Sequence record: AF056267.1
DNA: 539 nucleotides
Reading direction: 5' to 3' (one strand)
Source of the DNA: a phage
Shown piece after piece: positions 1-539 of this stretch; position 1 is the first letter of the stretch; each line of letters starts with the position of its first letter. Under the pieces are notes generated by a model. It did not search any database, was not told the DNA's origin, and saw nothing but the letters and a program-made list of their open reading frames with translations. The position numbers and the translations under genes are program-made.

Positions 1-80
1 AGGACGTGCTCAGGCACACATAAGTAGAGAGCTATGGGGAAGAAGAAAAGCAGGCAACTGCCTCACATGTATCAGCTCTC

Positions 81-467
81 ATGGATGCACTAGAAGTCAG
101 CCAAACACAAAGAAATGTTACTGGCCAATCCCAAATTCTTACGGAAAGATTATCCATTCTGCAGCAACAGCTGGAGCTATCTAAGGGTAATACAGAAGAA
201 GAACTTAAGTATCGTAATGAGATTTATAAAACTGCTGCCGCTTTAGAGCAACTTAGAAAGCAGAGAGAAAGTCCGATGCAGCAACAAGTAGGATCTTCTG
301 TGGGAACTACGTATACTCCTACAACTGGGCTATCTGGAAAAGATAAAGATTTTGCTGATATGCGGAATAGAATGGCCTCCTATGACCAGGCGATCTCTAA
401 GCTATCTGAATTAAATTCTGAAACCACCGCCGGTGGCTCCAATTTGGGTTATTTACCCACTCTATGA
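81..467 (+). CDS. Hypothetical small alpha-helical / coiled-coil protein, 128 aa, complete ORF (ATG 81-83, TGA 465-467)
   Basis: It is the only ORF in the six-frame track. An in-frame TAA at 21-23 makes ATG 81 the first in-frame start. A 128-codon open frame is unlikely by chance at about 42% GC. Hydrophobic residues (L20, L24, L27, L31; I48, A52, L55, L58) sit at 3-4 residue spacing, as in amphipathic or coiled-coil helices. There is no hydrophobic stretch long enough for a signal peptide or transmembrane helix. No Shine-Dalgarno motif lies within 15 nt upstream, and the -3 position is C, so the initiation context is weak. No family is recognised from memory. Confidence 0.6.
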   Translation: MDALEVSQTQRNVTGQSQILTERLSILQQQLELSKGNTEEELKYRNEIYKTAAALEQLRKQRESPMQQQVGSSVGTTYTPTTGLSGKDKDFADMRNRMASYDQAISKLSELNSETTAGGSNLGYLPTL

Positions 468-539
468 TTCAGTTCCTCCCCGGTCTTTAATTCTACATCA
501 TGATTGCTTCTGTATGCCAAATTGCTTCTATAATCCATA

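Noticed and set aside
36-53. Purine-rich tract gggaagaagaaaagcagg in the 5' leader as a possible ribosome-binding site
   Set aside because: It ends about 28 nt before ATG 81, too far for Shine-Dalgarno function, and it lies immediately after the upstream ATG at 34 rather than before a start codon.
114-122. N-glycosylation sequon N-V-T (residues 12-14)
   Set aside because: The protein has no signal peptide or transmembrane segment, so the sequon is unlikely to be used. Such tripeptides occur frequently by chance.
183-191. Splice-donor-like motif AAG|GTAATA
   Set aside because: The ORF reads straight through it in frame (S-K-G-N-T) and continues for about 90 more codons, so there is no evidence of an intron. 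The resemblance to a 5' splice site is most likely coincidental.
224-229. TATAAA hexamer (TATA-box-like)
   Set aside because: It lies inside the coding region (codons att-tat-aaa, I-Y-K) and arises from AT-rich codon choice, with no positional support as a promoter element.
176-407. Heptamer GCTATCT recurring three times (176-182, 329-335, 401-407)
   Set aside because: All three copies are in the same reading frame and encode Leu-Ser (CTA TCT) after a codon ending in G. This is repeated codon usage within one gene, not a repeat element or binding-site array.
473-480. Minus-strand GGGAGGAA (complement of ttcctccc), a Shine-Dalgarno-like purine run
   Set aside because: There is no ATG/GTG/TTG at a suitable 5-10 nt spacing after it on the minus strand, and the ORF track shows no minus-strand ORF. 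It is more likely just the complement of a pyrimidine-rich 3' flank.
1-539. Screen for CRISPR repeats, tRNA/rRNA, mobile-element termini and multi-gene systems (toxin-antitoxin, defence islands)
   Set aside because: There are no spaced direct repeats of CRISPR length, no cloverleaf-like tRNA structure, no terminal inverted repeats or target-site duplications, and only one ORF. The window is too short and too simple to support any system-level call.

Overview
The window holds one complete protein-coding ORF on the + strand (81..467, 128 aa) flanked by an 80-nt 5' leader and a 72-nt 3' flank. The product is a small, soluble, mostly alpha-helical protein with probable coiled-coil heptads, two QQQ runs and a Ser/Thr/Gly-rich linker; I do not recognise it as a member of any named family, so it is called hypothetical. 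No rRNA, tRNA, CRISPR array, mobile-element terminus or intrinsic terminator is visible. Several signals point away from a typical bacterial gene and towards a eukaryotic or virus-like transcript: no Shine-Dalgarno motif before the start, a short upstream ORF overlapping the start, CpG depletion by hand count, and AGA-dominated arginine codons. This origin call is inference only. A 539-bp window with a single gene cannot by itself show a multi-gene system, and I see no evidence of one. The only candidate for novelty is the orphan ORF, and that needs a homology search I cannot run.
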